Shown here: in pieces, positions 24,290-40,349 of the stretch
How positions within the stretch are numbered: position 1 is the first letter of the stretch
Layout: each line of letters opens with the position of its first letter
Position numbers and translations under genes: made by a program
Notes under the pieces: generated by a model
Told to the model about the DNA's origin: nothing
The model's database searches: none
Seen by the model: the letters and a program-made list of their open reading frames with translations, nothing else
From: Eledone cirrhosa
Lineage: Eukaryota
Direction: 5' to 3'
DNA length: 64,000 nucleotides
NCBI GenBank assembly: GCA_964016885.1
Contig: OZ024751.1
Coordinates: 53,134,001 to 53,198,000, forward strand

Positions 24290-25680
24290 AGCGACATGTA
24301 CAGAACTAACATGTTGGAAGTATGCAGTTGCTAATCTGCACACAGGTGGCTTTGGCTTAAGGCTTATCTAAGGTCGTTGCCAGTTTTTGGAATAGGAATT
24401 GGCTTAGGCGAAGTCTTTTGTGACTGAGCAGCCCTTTCCAAGAACACTGCTTCCCCAAATCTTGGGAAAGGTCTAGAAACTGTGACCCAAACATTGTCTG
24501 TTCTACCATCAAATTGGTCAGCAACCTGTTCATACTCGCAGGAGAAACAAGAATTGTTACTTGGAAGAGTCTGATTTTGGTGTGGTTGGAAAAATTTGAG
24601 CGCCAAACTCGATCTATCTTGTTGCAAACTGATCAAAATCCCCCCCAGAGTCCATCATCCAGGACACAAGATATTTAAAATCTTCGACTTGCTTGATATC
24701 ACTGCCATTGATTGCTTTGATGTTGCCTGTACAGTGCTCTGTTTTACCCACGTTGAGATGAAAGCCAATGAGGGCAGCTGCTTTCTGAAGAGATGTCAAC
24801 AGTTACGCATTTGGTTATCCAGGTAATGGAAACTGTTGACTATTTCTATAGAGCCCTCAGAGCATTTAAAGGAGCTAGTATCCTGTTTGCTCTTACTATG
24901 TACTGCACCTGTGCATTGAACCTATCAGAGATCCTACTACATATCTTGTGTACCCATAGTTTGTATTTGGAACATAGAAAGGAATTTCTACCTACTCCAT
25001 TCCTGAGGAAATCAGGGTCGTTTTCCTTTTTACATACTAGGACCATTTGATGCTAAGCCTTGCTTCCAGGTTTAGAATATCTTCTCTAATTCTGCCATAG
25101 ATTCAGCTATGAGGGTTAGCTCAGCTTCATATAGAAGTTCCCATAGGCAGCCAGTCTTAAACTCTTCTGTTATAGCCAGTGAGATGATAATAAACAGGAG
25201 AGGGCTAAAAATGGACCTCTGATGGACACCAACTTTCTTGCTAAATTTTTCACAGGTAAATGATTCAGGAGACTTTGTTAAAAGCTTTCTCAAGTGCTAA
25301 GTAGAGGGGTTTACCTTTTAACTAGGTACTTCTGCAGTTGCCTCAAAAGGAAGATAGCATCCGTGGTACTTGTACATGGTACAAATCCAAACTACATATC
25401 ATCTAGTTTATTTTGGTCCCTAATTAGCTGTATAACTCTTTCTGTGACCTGGTCAACAAACTTGATGCCTCTATAGTTTTTTTCTGTCGGGAGCATCTCC
25501 TTTGCTCTTGTAGCAGTTGATCACACTGCTACGCCAGTCATTGGCTATAGTATCATTTTCTATTACTTGGTTTACAATATGGGAGACACCAGCCCAGATG
25601 CTTTCAGCATCTCCGCAACCATCCCCAAAGGTCCAGCTGTGTTGCCTGTCTTCATATACTTAATTGCCTTACTATACTTC
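24290..25680 (-). mobile_element. Degenerate RTE-type LINE fragments (two adjacent pieces)
   Basis: GFHLNVGKTE..VEDFKYL; VGVHQRS..SPLLFII..WELLYEAEL; KLWVHKIC. Confidence 0.75.
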
Positions 25681-26379
25681 TTCTGACAGCCAGTCCTTCT
25701 GTTTACTTGGGGAAAACTATATGATACAATAATGATGTATTTAAACTGGCTGTATCCGGTCAGAATTCTCTCACTTCTTTGTTCAAACCGGGTGTAACCG
25801 GCTGATCATACTTGTTAAGGTATTGTTCTCAAAATAAATAATATCAAAATATCATAGATTCAATATTATGTGAGATAAAGTGTTTATCATGAAAATACAA
25901 TAGTAAATATAGAGTAATGTAAATGCCATGTGAGGTAAAGCCTTTACCATGAAAATACAATAGTAATTATAGAGTAATGTAGATGCTATGTGAATTAATA
26001 ATGTGAAATAAAGTGTTTACCATGAAAATACAATAGTACATATAGAGTAATGTAAATGCTAAAGGGTTAAGACGGTTTTGTCTTCAAACAAAACAGTATG
26101 AGAAAATTATATCTAAGACTCCAATGTCCTTTTAAAATAGTAATGTATGTTATGAGAAATATCTAGTATGTAATTTTAAAGTAGTGGTATGTGATACAAG
26201 ACACCATGGTAATAAATACAATAATTCAGTGACTGAATTAAAGGTTTCTCGGCTGCCACCTGGAAGCATGCGGCCATAATTGTCTTGTCAAACTTTTATT
26301 TCATTGTTTAGTTCCTGCAACATAAATAAACCAAATTCCTCCTTCATCTTCGAACTACGCAACCTATCTAGTAAAGTTC

Positions 26380-26730
26380 AATGACCCTTTGGAAGCACCT
26401 CATTTCAGACAAGGAAGCCTGTGCAGTGCATGACAGGATTGACATGTGCAGCCAGGTTGGAAGTGGTATCATGACTGGCGGGTGTAAAATCAGTTGGTTG
26501 GAATTTGCAGACGACATGGTGTTATTTAACTGGACAGAAGGTGATCTCAGACATGCATTTGATAGGTTTGATGCCGTGTGCTGCATGGTTGGAATGAAAA
26601 TTAGTGCTGCGAAAACTGAGACACTCATCCTATGAAGGAAGCCTGTGCAGTACATTCTACATGTAAATGGTGTTCCACTGAAGCAGCTAGAGAAGTTCAA
26701 GTACCTCGGGACCATGTTCATGAGTGATGG
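26380..26730 (+). mobile_element. Non-LTR retrotransposon RT fragment
   Basis: LEFADDMVL..GMKISAAKTE..LKQLEKFKYLG. Confidence 0.8.
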
Positions 26731-26991
26731 TCATGAATCTTTCATTCTCCTCTTCTTCAAAGCCCATCAAATCAACGATTCTACGGGCATCCAAGATGTG
26801 ACACAGTATCCCATCCATTCAGATGTGCAATGCACATTCGGGGGCTTAACCCAGACTTCGTATGTTTTTTAATGTAAAATAAAATTAGTATGAAGTTACG
26901 ACAAGTTTAGTATGTAATTGGGTGTGTGTGTCTTCTCACATTTTGTTTGTAATTTTTACTTTTTCTTATTTCTATAATTAATTTCTCTCAT

Positions 26992-27028
<37 letters not shown>

Positions 27029-27084
27029 CTTTGTAAATCATATTGGTTAGATAAAGTATTATGGACGTTGAAATAGTTAATATA

Positions 27085-28250
27085 ATCTATATTATAAAGC
27101 TGATGGCCATATGTATGTAAGAAACTTTTCGCCAAACGGCTGGAGCAAAAAGCACCAAATTTGCACCGTAGATGTAACTTTTTCCAAGTAATAAAGAAAG
27201 GGTATTTTTGTCTTCTAAATTTCGTTAAAAAATTAAAGATATTTTATCGTTTATTTAAATATTCACTTCTTTAAAATTTTCAAATTTCAACACTTCCGGT
27301 TATACGTCATTCCTCTATCTTTCTTAGTCTGTTTTTTTAAATAGATACATAGCTATAACGTCGCGCCCTTATAATATGTCTCTGCATGTCTGGTTGTCTG
27401 CATTAGATACATAGCTATAACGTCACACGCTTATAATATCTCTGTCTGGCTGCCTGTCTGCATTGACTTCGCTTCTAACCAACTTTTAATTAATTCAGTG
27501 CAAAGATACCGCACGCCCTGCAACGTTTTTCAAATTATTTACTTCTGCGTTATATATTAAAATAACAGGATCTTCTGAAACTAAAAATATCAAATTATAT
27601 ATTCGTGTACAGATATTTTTGCATACACAAAAACAAAATATAAATAAACGTATTTATTTCACGAATGCACAGACGGCTTATCGTCATTGTTACTACCGAT
27701 ATGCCACCCAAAAAGTCCCAGCCTGGCTGCAAGATCAGATTTTCCAGAAGAAAAAATGTTACTAGAGCAACAGAGAGACTAAGCTTCGCGGTTACCATCA
27801 ACAAAGATCAGAGTCAAACCCTAAAAGTGGCTGGCCTTCATCTGGGAAAACCATGCTTCTCCCATGGTCAATTGTGTGTAGTATGGTCTAGGGTGAGCTC
27901 GCCAAACAATCTCTTCATCTTTGCTCGAGGCTCTAACAATGTAATTTATGTATTTTCTGTTACTTGGAATTTCCATTATGGTTATACAAATTATTGTAAA
28001 GTTTGTTAAAAAAAATTGTTCTCTGTTCAGCTTTTATTGTTGTAACTATCAATTTTCTTTAACGTACTGGCTGCTGAACTGGGGAATCCTAAAAACTATT
28101 CAAACCCAACATCAGAGCACGTTAACACGCACCCCCCTCCCCTCGCTGACTTGAGAGGGCGTGCGGTATCTTTGCACTGGAGTGGAGGGCGATTCCTGAA
28201 AAGATAAAATGCCGGTATACCTAGCCGGGCGCCAGCCGGACGGGACAGAG
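27085..28250 (+). mobile_element. Helitron remnant (PIF1-type helicase C-terminal fragment near 27780-27920)
   Basis: LSFAVTINKDQSQTLKVAGLHLGKPCFSHGQLCVVWSRV matches Helitron helicase motifs V-VI. A tctatattataaagctga-type 5' end lies at 27087. Outer limits are uncertain. Confidence 0.7.
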
Positions 28251-28689
28251 AGTATAGAAAATAAAGTTGAGTTTTGTAAAAATTACGTGAATGTTGTCAA
28301 ACGTCGAATTCCCCGGTCTTATTCAAAACCTGTGCTCCCTTTCAAAGTTAGCTACACATTCTCAGTCGCGTTTTCGTATTTTCGCTGTGAAAACTTTTAT
28401 TTAGTATAATTGGTATGGAATAAAGTTAATTAAACAAACTTCTATTTAATCATATAGTTTTTGCAATAGAAAATAATAAAATTTAGTAACGAAAATGGGG
28501 GAGCAACCAACCCTAGACAGTGGTGGCCATAACTGGACGCCGAAACCAAAGGTTATATATATATTAAAATAACAGATTAAAGTTTAAGAAAAGAATCGCT
28601 GTTTTCACCCCTAATGGGATCTTCTGAAACTCGATAAGGATATATTGTCGGATTTTAGTCTTCACATTTTTATTATTACTATATATATA

Positions 28690-28870
28690 AGGGTTGTGGA
28701 TTGGCAGTATCGGTAGAGAGTCGGACACCATGCTTTGCAGCATAGAGTTACGGTCATTTACGGTCTGAGTTCAAATCCCGCCGAGGTTAACTTTCATCCT
28801 TACGAGGTCGATAAAATAAAGTACCAGTAATGCACTGGTAATTGTCGGCCTTGTGCCAAAAGTAAAAATA
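28690..28870 (+). mobile_element. tRNA-derived SINE (Deu/Nin-type domain)
   Basis: Same family as 59949-60170 and 48050-48240. Confidence 0.75.
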
Positions 28871-29105
28871 AAATAGAAATAATTATTACTATATATATAT
28901 ATCGTTTGAGAAACAGTATTTAACACACACACACACACACATATATATACATATATACACGTATATATATATATATATATATATAACAAAGAAGGTGCGG
29001 TAAGATACCAGGTGGACCATAACGCACCAGAGTACTCGATAATCAGGGTAGTAGAGTGGGTAATAGGAAAAGAGTCAGAATCAGGACCTATATTTATATA
29101 TAGGA

Positions 29106-29151
<46 letters not shown>

Positions 29152-30604
29152 GGACAAACCCTTACTTTTGGGACAAACCTCGTGTGTGTGTATACATATT
29201 GATCCTTCTTTTTTTCTCCTTCCATTTCTGTTCCCTTTGTAGTGTGTGTGTGTGTGTGTTTTTTTTATTAGATAGCCTTTCATGACATTGTGAGATTTTG
29301 TATATTGAATAAAACTTACGACCTATCAAAAGTCAATACGATTTGTAATAAAAGGAAGATAACTGTTACATGGTGAAGCTGTTCAGCTTCACCATGCCGG
29401 AACTCCTATGCACCTTCCGCTGAGACCTCTGCTACAGGCCAGCATCTCACCTCTCAGATCTGGACGCCTGTATCCGCTGGGCTGCTGAAGAGATAAAGAA
29501 CGTCCGGTGTGATGAGGCCTTATGGCAACAGGATACCTTACCTGTCCGACATGGCGGTCTCGGTCTCCAGTCTCACTGGCTTTGCCAGCATTTCTTTCGT
29601 CGGTGACCTCTTGCTGTGTCCTCATCCGCTGGGTTCTCCACAACATAACTGATCTTACTGTGATCAAGGAATGCGATTTACTTCAGATTGGTTAGTTCAC
29701 CGGCTCGTCCAGCACAGTCTGGTATGTTTTCGCTCGGCCTCCCTATCCAACAGTGGTGCCTGGCTCAACGTAATACCATCACTTGCGATGGTACTGAGCT
29801 GTGCAGCGACTGCTTGCGCATCGGTGTCTCCGAATCTCTGAGCCTCATAAATGCTGTTGTGGTTCCACTGTGTATTCTGTCGGTCTGCAACCACTGTTAT
29901 GTCACTATAGTGCTGGTCGCCTTTAACCCTTTTGACAGTAAGGCAATAGGCTACTATCCATTTCGCCCACTTAACCCTCTTCGCCCATATGTTAATTCGG
30001 AATTGAAAAAGCATGTACGTCTATATTTATGATTTATTTGTGATAAAATAAAGTATTGCACGGTATAAGTGGATACTTTTTTAAAAAGCAACTCACCTAT
30101 TGGGTTTCAGATTTTCCAATATATCCAATCTCTGACGAATATATCTAGACCATGTGTGTGATAATTTCGCTTCACGACAACGTGATTCGAATACTCTACG
30201 CGACAGGTTATTCATGTATCACCTTTAAATTGGGAGTGAAACTATGTAGAAAACTTATGCTAAAAACCATCCTGTCCAGAATCATATTATCAAATCTGTT
30301 CTTTCTTTTGTAATAAGGTAGACTCTAATTTCATGGAGATTTGACCTCTATTACTAACAGGTCGAACAACCATGTATGATAGATATTAACTCATTTACTG
30401 TCTGAATGTGGTAATAATTCACACATTTTAAAGAGTGACGTTGATATAGAAAGATTCTATAAAGTACAGAATGTTATTTAGCCTTATATCGACTTTGGAA
30501 GAATTACACAGAAAGTCCATTTGTTAGGATGGTATTTGAATTCAGGGCTTAGAAGGACGGAACTAAATGCAACGTTGTGCTTGTCAGTGTCGGAGTTTGA
30601 CATG

Positions 30605-30800
30605 ATCAGGTCATATGGAAGCCTCATGTTGGTGAAGCCTTGTCATATGAAATCTCTTACCGGTGAGCCCTTAAACTATATGGAGGTTGCTTGTTGGTGA
30701 AGTTTTAAGTTATATGGAGGTCTTATCTGGAAGTCTTTTGTTGGTGAAATCTTAAGCCATATGGTTACCTCTTGTTGGTGAGACATTAAGTCATACAGAG
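30605..30800. repeat. Degenerate ~35-bp tandem repeat
   Basis: Recurring gtcatatgga..cttgttggtgaa..ttaa units. Confidence 0.6.
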
Positions 30801-33126
30801 CTCAGAGAGTTTTGTTGAAATATACCACTACAAGGTCTCACAAAAAATTGAAAATGTATTTTTAAAGTCACCGTGGATTACGAGAGCTTAAGGTTTAACC
30901 TGTTTATCTTGTATCTAAATCCGGCAATGTTTGTCGTGCAAACTACTCCACCATCTTCTCCATGATTATTGTTTTTTCTCATTGATATGTTTCCACAACT
31001 TATTTTGACCAAAGATCTGCCAATTCTTTCTTCTAACTACTATTTTCTCCAGAATAGATATTGATAGAGCAAACGAAAGTCTTTAACAAAATAATTTTAA
31101 GTATCACCATCACCTTCAGCAACAGCAAGCAATAAATAAAATAAAGTACTGAAAACTGTGCGCCAGCTGTAGTTCTTTTATGTATATATTGATGTATCCT
31201 ATAACAAGCAAAAAGGAGGTCATTTGTGAACAACTCTCAACCAGTCCATTCTATTTTAAAAAGCATAAGTAATAAATGTTTATCCTATAACCAAAATTGA
31301 CGACTGCTGTTTTATCAATATCTTTTAACCTTTTATGTGTTTAGACGTCAGCTTGATGTTATTGTTATTATTACTGTTGTTACATATCACTATAGATAAT
31401 ATACACAGACGTATCCCTACGCATTAAGACTTGCTGTGTAGTTAGGCACCACAAGGACTATTTTGCTATTGTTTTTTCTTTGGTAACTTCGATAATGATT
31501 CCACTATAAATTATTTAAAACTGCATCATGATTCGCTTACCTCTCCTTCCCAAGATACTGTTTCTTTTTGATGTTGTCGTCCAAACTTTACTAATACGGT
31601 TCAATAGTTTTGTTAATCCATCAGTCGATACCATCTGAAGAAAACGTTTGACTTTTATAAAAGATTAATAGGTTTAGTCTTTCATTGGAAATAATAGCTC
31701 ATAAGGAATATGGCTACCAGAAACCTAAAAATCGACTTATTCCATAGCTTCTGAACTTCATATCACTATATTAACTCACTTGTCTAGCACAGTATCGATT
31801 AGATGAAGCAGAGCATTAAATGCAAAAATATCAATATTTTATGTTTATGATTTTGAGTTCTTTTATTTCTTTTCATATTAATTTCAAAATGACATGAAGA
31901 CGCCCTGTGTATGCCAATAGGGAGGGGTTAATATTTACGGCACAGATGGCAATGATGTGGCAACAAGAAATGCTAGCCTGTTGCAATAAACGAGACTTAG
32001 AAGTTCCATAATTTTACGTTGTTTTACGTGAAGGGGCGTGGCCAAATGACTAGGCTGTTGAATTCCCTATCATACGTTTAAAGGTTCGAATCCTGGATCA
32101 CGCAGCTCGTTATGTTCTTCGGGAAGATGTTTCATTTCTCGTTGCTTTATATGCTAAGACTGGGGATCCTATCATTAAAACACCCGAAAATCCTCTTATG
32201 TGATGTAAATATTTTTTAAACGTTCTGAGTTCAAATGTTACCGAGGTTATTTTCCCTTTCACTTCTCTGGAGTGCTTAAATTAATAACCAGACACTAGTT
32301 GCTGATAATACCACACTAGCCATACGAGTGTGGGGGTCAGTGATAGTCCCGTATTGGACCATAAGTTTCGTGATCAGGCAAGGGGAAACATTTTTTTTAT
32401 ACTGACAGCTCTCAGACGCCCCCCCCCCCCCGCGCTTTAAGTTATTGGTGTCGTCTCTGTTTTGTATCTTGAGGTTTAAACCATAGAGCTATGTTTTTAG
32501 TTAACTCTATTGTTTGATGGGTCAGTCATTTTCTAGAATATTCTCTACGCTAATTATTATACCTTACAAATAGATGCTTGCTCCGATGACACCTTTTACA
32601 AATATCGGAAGAATACTTAATAAAGTCGTTAATTTTCCCCCAAATATTATTACTACAAAACAAGGTAACATGAAACCTGAAAATATAAAAACGAGCACAT
32701 CATATTAATGAATGTGATTTCGGTTGTTGTTTTTTCTTTCGAATGAAATATACTATTAATATATAATTTTGTTTTGTATCGAGCTCAGAGAAGAGTTTTC
32801 ATCGCATACTTGTTGTTTCAACACTATAAACATAGAGAACACGGATAAGAAATAGAATTATAGCAGTAACGACACCATTAAAATTCAAACATCTATAGAT
32901 ATCTTTTACTGTTTTCTTTTTCTCGTATTTATCACCATTTCAATATCGTTAAAAATGTTCAACAACAGTTTCAATTTTTAAAAAAATGGCTTCTTCGTCC
33001 TATCACACACACACATATATATGTATGTATGCACGAACACACAAAACACATACATATAGGCAAACACCACATTACAAACATAGTTTGCATATAGTTTTTT
33101 TACTTGCCTACACACACATACATACA

Positions 33127-33181
<55 letters not shown>

Positions 33182-33739
33182 GTAGGGAACAGCTCTTCTT
33201 TTAAATATATTATATTGAAAATATGACTTCGCCTTAGTTTGAACATTTTAAAGAATTTTTTACACTTCCTAATAGTTCATTACGTTGGGTTTAGAACAAT
33301 AGCATACATGTGAGTATTTAAAGTTTCGAAACTTTGACAGCTCCAATTCAGAATCAAAATGGCCATAATTGTGGCGTATTGGTCACGTGTTAGTAGTGGT
33401 CTTACAGTATCATGGGTAGTGAGAGATAGCTGATGCTTAATTTAAAATTTCTCAACGATTGAGGTATTGACATTATTATAATTAGTTTAACGTATACTTT
33501 ATTTGTGTGTTAATATTTGGTATATATCCTACATATGGAAACTCAACTAATATCAGAACATATACTAAATGGTAACACACAGATACCTTATACATGAAAC
33601 CAACCGGATTTAAGAATGGTACTGTTCCAATATAAGCATATAGAAATAACATCCTTAATAAAACTGAGACTGAGGCAAAGTCGTACCTTCAATGTAACAC
33701 ACACACGCGTACACAAGACATATGCACACACAAACACAC

Positions 33740-34693
<954 letters not shown>

Positions 34694-34979
34694 AAGAAAG
34701 ACACTATTAATCAAACTAATTCATTACACAAATGTTGTGCTTGTTTTTCTTTGTTTTCTTTTTTTTTAAATAATCAAAAATGTTTTTTCAGGTGTTAATA
34801 ACAAAAGACTGTATAAGATTATAACATGAGTTTCAAAAAGGATCAAACCGTGTATTTAAAATTTAAAAATGGTTAAAACATTGTAAAGAGAATTTGACCA
34901 GTTCTAACAATCCGCGATTCATTTCCTGGCTTTCAGTAAATTCTTTTGTTCGTTTGGTTTCTTTATTTTTTCTTACTAT

Positions 34980-35013
<34 letters not shown>

Positions 35014-35821
35014 TTCACATACTGACCAAACTTTTAAACATGAATTGTCCTTGTGTGTCCCTTTCCAATTCACCAATTAAATCCTTTACTTTTTATTTTT
35101 ATTTTTTAGAGAAAGTCAATTTATAACAGAGTTTTAACAATATCACACCTCTACTCAACTCAGTTTTCATGCTTCTCTTAAAAAAAAACCTAAAAAGAAA
35201 CCCCACAAAAAATAAAACAACGTAACAAAGCCTCTGATGAGTTGAGTTTTCTACACACCGGTAACATCATACATTTAAGACTTTAGGAAAATGGAAATTA
35301 AAGAAAAATACTGTATTTTAAATATTTCCAAACAGTGGCTTATTATACTGAAATAATTATTTTCACCTCAAACCACTATCTTCAATGCCCTTATTTGCTT
35401 TTAATAATATACTTTTAATATAATAATTACTACGCAGTCTTGTCTACTTTTCTCCACACAAACAATTCTTTCTGGTTTCCTAATGTATTAGCAGCGATAT
35501 CCGGTGATTATATAAAAAGCTGTGAAACTATGATCTAGGAGAAAATAATAATAATAATAAGTTTGCTTCATTCTATTTTAACTGTTGCATATAATAGACA
35601 CACTAATCTTATATGGGAAGCTTCTATATAGTTCTGATGTCATTTTGAGCCACACACACACACACATACACACATACAAACAGACAGACAGACAGACACA
35701 CACACACATATATCAGTAATGCACTGGGGTCGATTTAATCGACTTCCAATCCCTTTCAAATTGATGGCCTTGTGCCTAAAGTAGAAATAATTATTAATAT
35801 TAGCAGTAGAAGTAGTAGTAA

Positions 35822-35886
<65 letters not shown>

Positions 35887-36202
35887 TTTTTAATGTTCTG
35901 TTAATTACTAATATAATCAAATATGACCAGGGATGTATAAAATTATTTTTAAAAAATCCTTCAAAAAGTGCGTGAAATGTCATCATCAATAACCATAACC
36001 ATCATCACCATCATCATCATCATCATCATCATGGCAATCATCCAAATCTTCATTACAATCACCATTCTCAAAATGACACTCTGATGTGGGCACTACGAAG
36101 CTCTACTATTTATCAGCAGTAATCTTTCCGTCAACATCATCCTAATCATCAACATCATCATTAGATTAAACAATACTAACAACCATGATTAACGTAATCA
36201 AC

Positions 36203-36494
<292 letters not shown>

Positions 36495-36498
<4 letters not shown>

Positions 36499-36808
36499 AT
36501 CAAAAGATGGTTAAATGAGTTCCATGTATTTTATTATGCGCATTTCAAAAACAAATATCATCATGCAATAACATTTGCGTTTTCGTCAGATAAAATAGGA
36601 AGACATGATATGAAGGTTAAAAACACTTGTGGATAGTGCAGTTTTAAATGTTGATTTAAAACTGCACTATCCACAAGTGTTTTTAACCTTCATATCATGT
36701 CTTCCTATTTTATCTGATGAAAACACAAATGTTATTGCATGATGATATTTGTTTTTGAAATGCGCATAATAAAATACATGGAACTCATTTAACCATCTTT
36801 TGATCTTA
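36495..36808. mobile_element. Near-perfect fold-back MITE inserted at a TA array
   Basis: taagatcaaaagatggttaaatgag... and ...ctcatttaaccatcttttgatctta form ~154-bp arms with very few mismatches and a tiny loop near 36650. Confidence 0.88.
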
Positions 36809-37161
36809 TATATTATGTATACTCCAGTCCTACAAACTGTAGAGTGCTTCTTATCCGATATCTGCATTGCTTTATTGTACTACAATAAAACTCACCTCCT
36901 ACACATATATATATAGATATATATTGATGCATTGTATATTCCCATATATTTATGTTAGGTATATCATTTTATTTGACGGACAGATGGTGTTTTATAGTTT
37001 GTATTCTATTGTCTGTGGTTTTCAAGGATACACCATGTATTCCTATTATATAGGTGCGTTTGGATGCAATCATTTTATTATTACGTATTATCCTTATCAC
37101 TGTCAATAATCTTCTTCTTCGTCTTATTCTCATTGTTATTATTATTATTATTACTAAAGAA

Positions 37162-37205
<44 letters not shown>

Positions 37206-37724
37206 CATCATCATCATCATCATCATCATCACCATTATTATCAACATCGTATCGCCTGAAATGCACTTTAAGTAACATACACCTTATATTAGATTAGGTT
37301 ATGTAGTTATATGTATCATTCTGACTTACATCACCCAATCGTTGATCGTATCGGAAACACTTGTATATATTAAAAGAAAAAAACAAAGAAAGAAAAACAG
37401 AAAAGAAAGAAAGAAAGAAAGAAAGGCATAAAATAAATAATAATAAAAACTCATATATATACATCATATTATATAACAAGATTTCTTTTTTACTGCACAC
37501 GATGCACACTTTCCAAATTCTCAATCCGTAAAAGATAGTTTAACAATAAGTTTTAAAAAATGTGCAAATACAGGTTAATTACAATGCACAATGTACATTG
37601 CAGATTGCAGCAGAACATTGGAATAATTAAACAACCTTTTGGGTAACGGGGACGGGAGTAGTAGGAGAAAAGGATTTATTCCAGTTTTTTTCGTATTCAT
37701 ATATATATATATATATATATGAAA

Positions 37725-37758
<34 letters not shown>

Positions 37759-38350
37759 TCTGTTATTTGTCTTTTCATGAGTCACTAGAAAGAATAAGAG
37801 AAAAAGAAAAAGAGAGAGAGAGAGAGAGCATTTGGAAGAAATTGATAGTATATATATGTATCTGTATACAGACACATATATGTATATAAATATATATATA
37901 TGTGTGTATTTATAATGTATTATATACATATATATATATATATATACACACATACACCCACCCACACATACACACATATATGTATATATATATATACACA
38001 CACACACACATCTTTTACGTTTAACAGTGAAAGACTTAAACCAACCAATAGATTCCACCATTTTGTTTTTTTCTTTTTACAAGGAAACAATTTTTATTTT
38101 ATATTTCTTGGATTTTTTTTTTGTCTTTTTGTGAAATCTGAGGGTTTAAAAAAAAAAAATCTTTAACGTTAGACATTTGTTCCATTCTTTCTTCCATCAT
38201 ATATATATATATTTTAGTCTTCAATTTTATTATTATTACTATATATATATATATATATTTTTTTTTTTGCAGTCAAAAGTTGTCAATATATTTTATCCTT
38301 CTATTTCATTAGTATTTGGAAGCCGATGTCTGGAAGAAAAGTACTTGCTA

Positions 38351-38389
<39 letters not shown>

Positions 38390-38458
38390 TTACTCTCACA
38401 CACACACACACACATATATATATACATGTATGTATATATATATATATATATGTGTATA

Positions 38459-38518
<60 letters not shown>

Positions 38519-39534
38519 TGTATGCACATGTACTCGTCATGTATTTTTCTTTTCCGTTTAAATACGCCTTCGATATGTATAATATGCTAATGATGGATTG
38601 CTGTTATTGTTGTTGTTGTTGTTGCTGTGGTTAGAGTTGTTGTTTCACATACTCCTGTTATTTGGGGATTTCGTAATTCAACAAAAAATCCCGTATTTGT
38701 CGTAAAGGAAATATAAAGGAAATTTACTACATACATATATTCAAACACATATATTCATATGTGTGTACATGTGATATATATATATATTCATACACATTTA
38801 AAGATATATATATATATATGTGTGTATGTGCATGTGATTGATTGTAAATATGTGTATGTGTATATGTATGTATAAACACAAATAAACCAGGGTATACCTT
38901 ATTTTGAATCAAAGTCAGTAATATCAAAAGAAGATTCATAAAATTGTCATTCTATTCCAGAATGACATCCGTTGATAACCATTGATGTTGAGGTTAAATA
39001 TAGTTCGAATCGGACGAAAATCATCCAAATATATTGTAGGTACCTTTAGCAAATTTGGCTTTATTCTTTTCTTTTTGTGTTAAAACAGCTTAGTAGAGAG
39101 AGTAAACATATTATCAATATTTTCAATATGTCTTTCCGCAGCAAATTATTTCAGACACATGGAGAAGACACAAACACAAACATATCCTCAACTTGAGACA
39201 TGAGAATAAGTAAAATAATCCAGTATCATACAAGTGTTATTATATAGAAATGTTAATAAGTGTTACTATGACAAAATAAACTGCTTGACTTACTTTACAG
39301 TGAAATAAGTTGATGTTTCTATATTTTTTTTTTTACTTTCTTGGTGTCATTATATCAGTCTGAAGTCCGTGGTTATTACTGTTGTGGTTGATGTTATTGT
39401 TGCTATTGTGGTTTCTTTTTGCATTGTTTTCTTTATGCTGTTTATGTGTTGTCTTTAGTTTGTTTTATGCCACTGCATCTACTCATATTGCAGTGGATAT
39501 ACATGCATACATGTATATACACAATATATATAAT

Positions 39535-39629
<95 letters not shown>

Positions 39630-39914
39630 GGTAATTATTTTTACTTAAACATCAATTTTTGTTGTTGCTGCTAATGTCATTTTTATTGTTGATTATGTTG
39701 ACATAGCGATTGTAGTAATAATAATAGTAATATCCATCCACTGCAATTGAAAAGACTTTCTATTATAGTCTACGTTCGTATTTTCCATGCATTTATTTAC
39801 TCTCGTTGCTTTTGTTTTAAATGTCAGTTAATTTAGCTCAATTGTCTTCACTTCAGTTTTCATTCTCTTCATGCTTTTAATGCTAATGTTCATATTTTTA
39901 TTGCTGTTGTATGC

Positions 39915-40000
<86 letters not shown>

Positions 40001-40349
40001 CTGGGAAATTTACGTGTCTTCCAAGAAATGAAACCATATTTTAATGTTGAAATAACTGTGGAATATTTCTGTTATATATCTCTCGTTCTCTCTCATTGTT
40101 TTTCCGTCTTTCTCATCCCTTTTTCCAGCTCCCTTTGTTCATATGTAATTTCCGTTGTTTCTGATTCTCTAACCAACTTTACCCCATCATTTGTGTATAT
40201 GTGTATCTTTAATTTCCATCGAATCTGTTAAGCTTTTAATCTTCTTCACTATTATCTTTTTCTTCCTTCGACAAATCTTCGGCGTCTTTCATTGTTGTTC
40301 TCTTCGGCCTTGACTTCTTATCTGTTGTCTCTCTCTCTGCTTCTTTCTC

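Noticed and set aside
38935-39080. Possible downstream exon of the TRIM-like gene
   Set aside because: The 47-codon open stretch is bounded by stops, with no convincing in-frame acceptor or recognisable domain.
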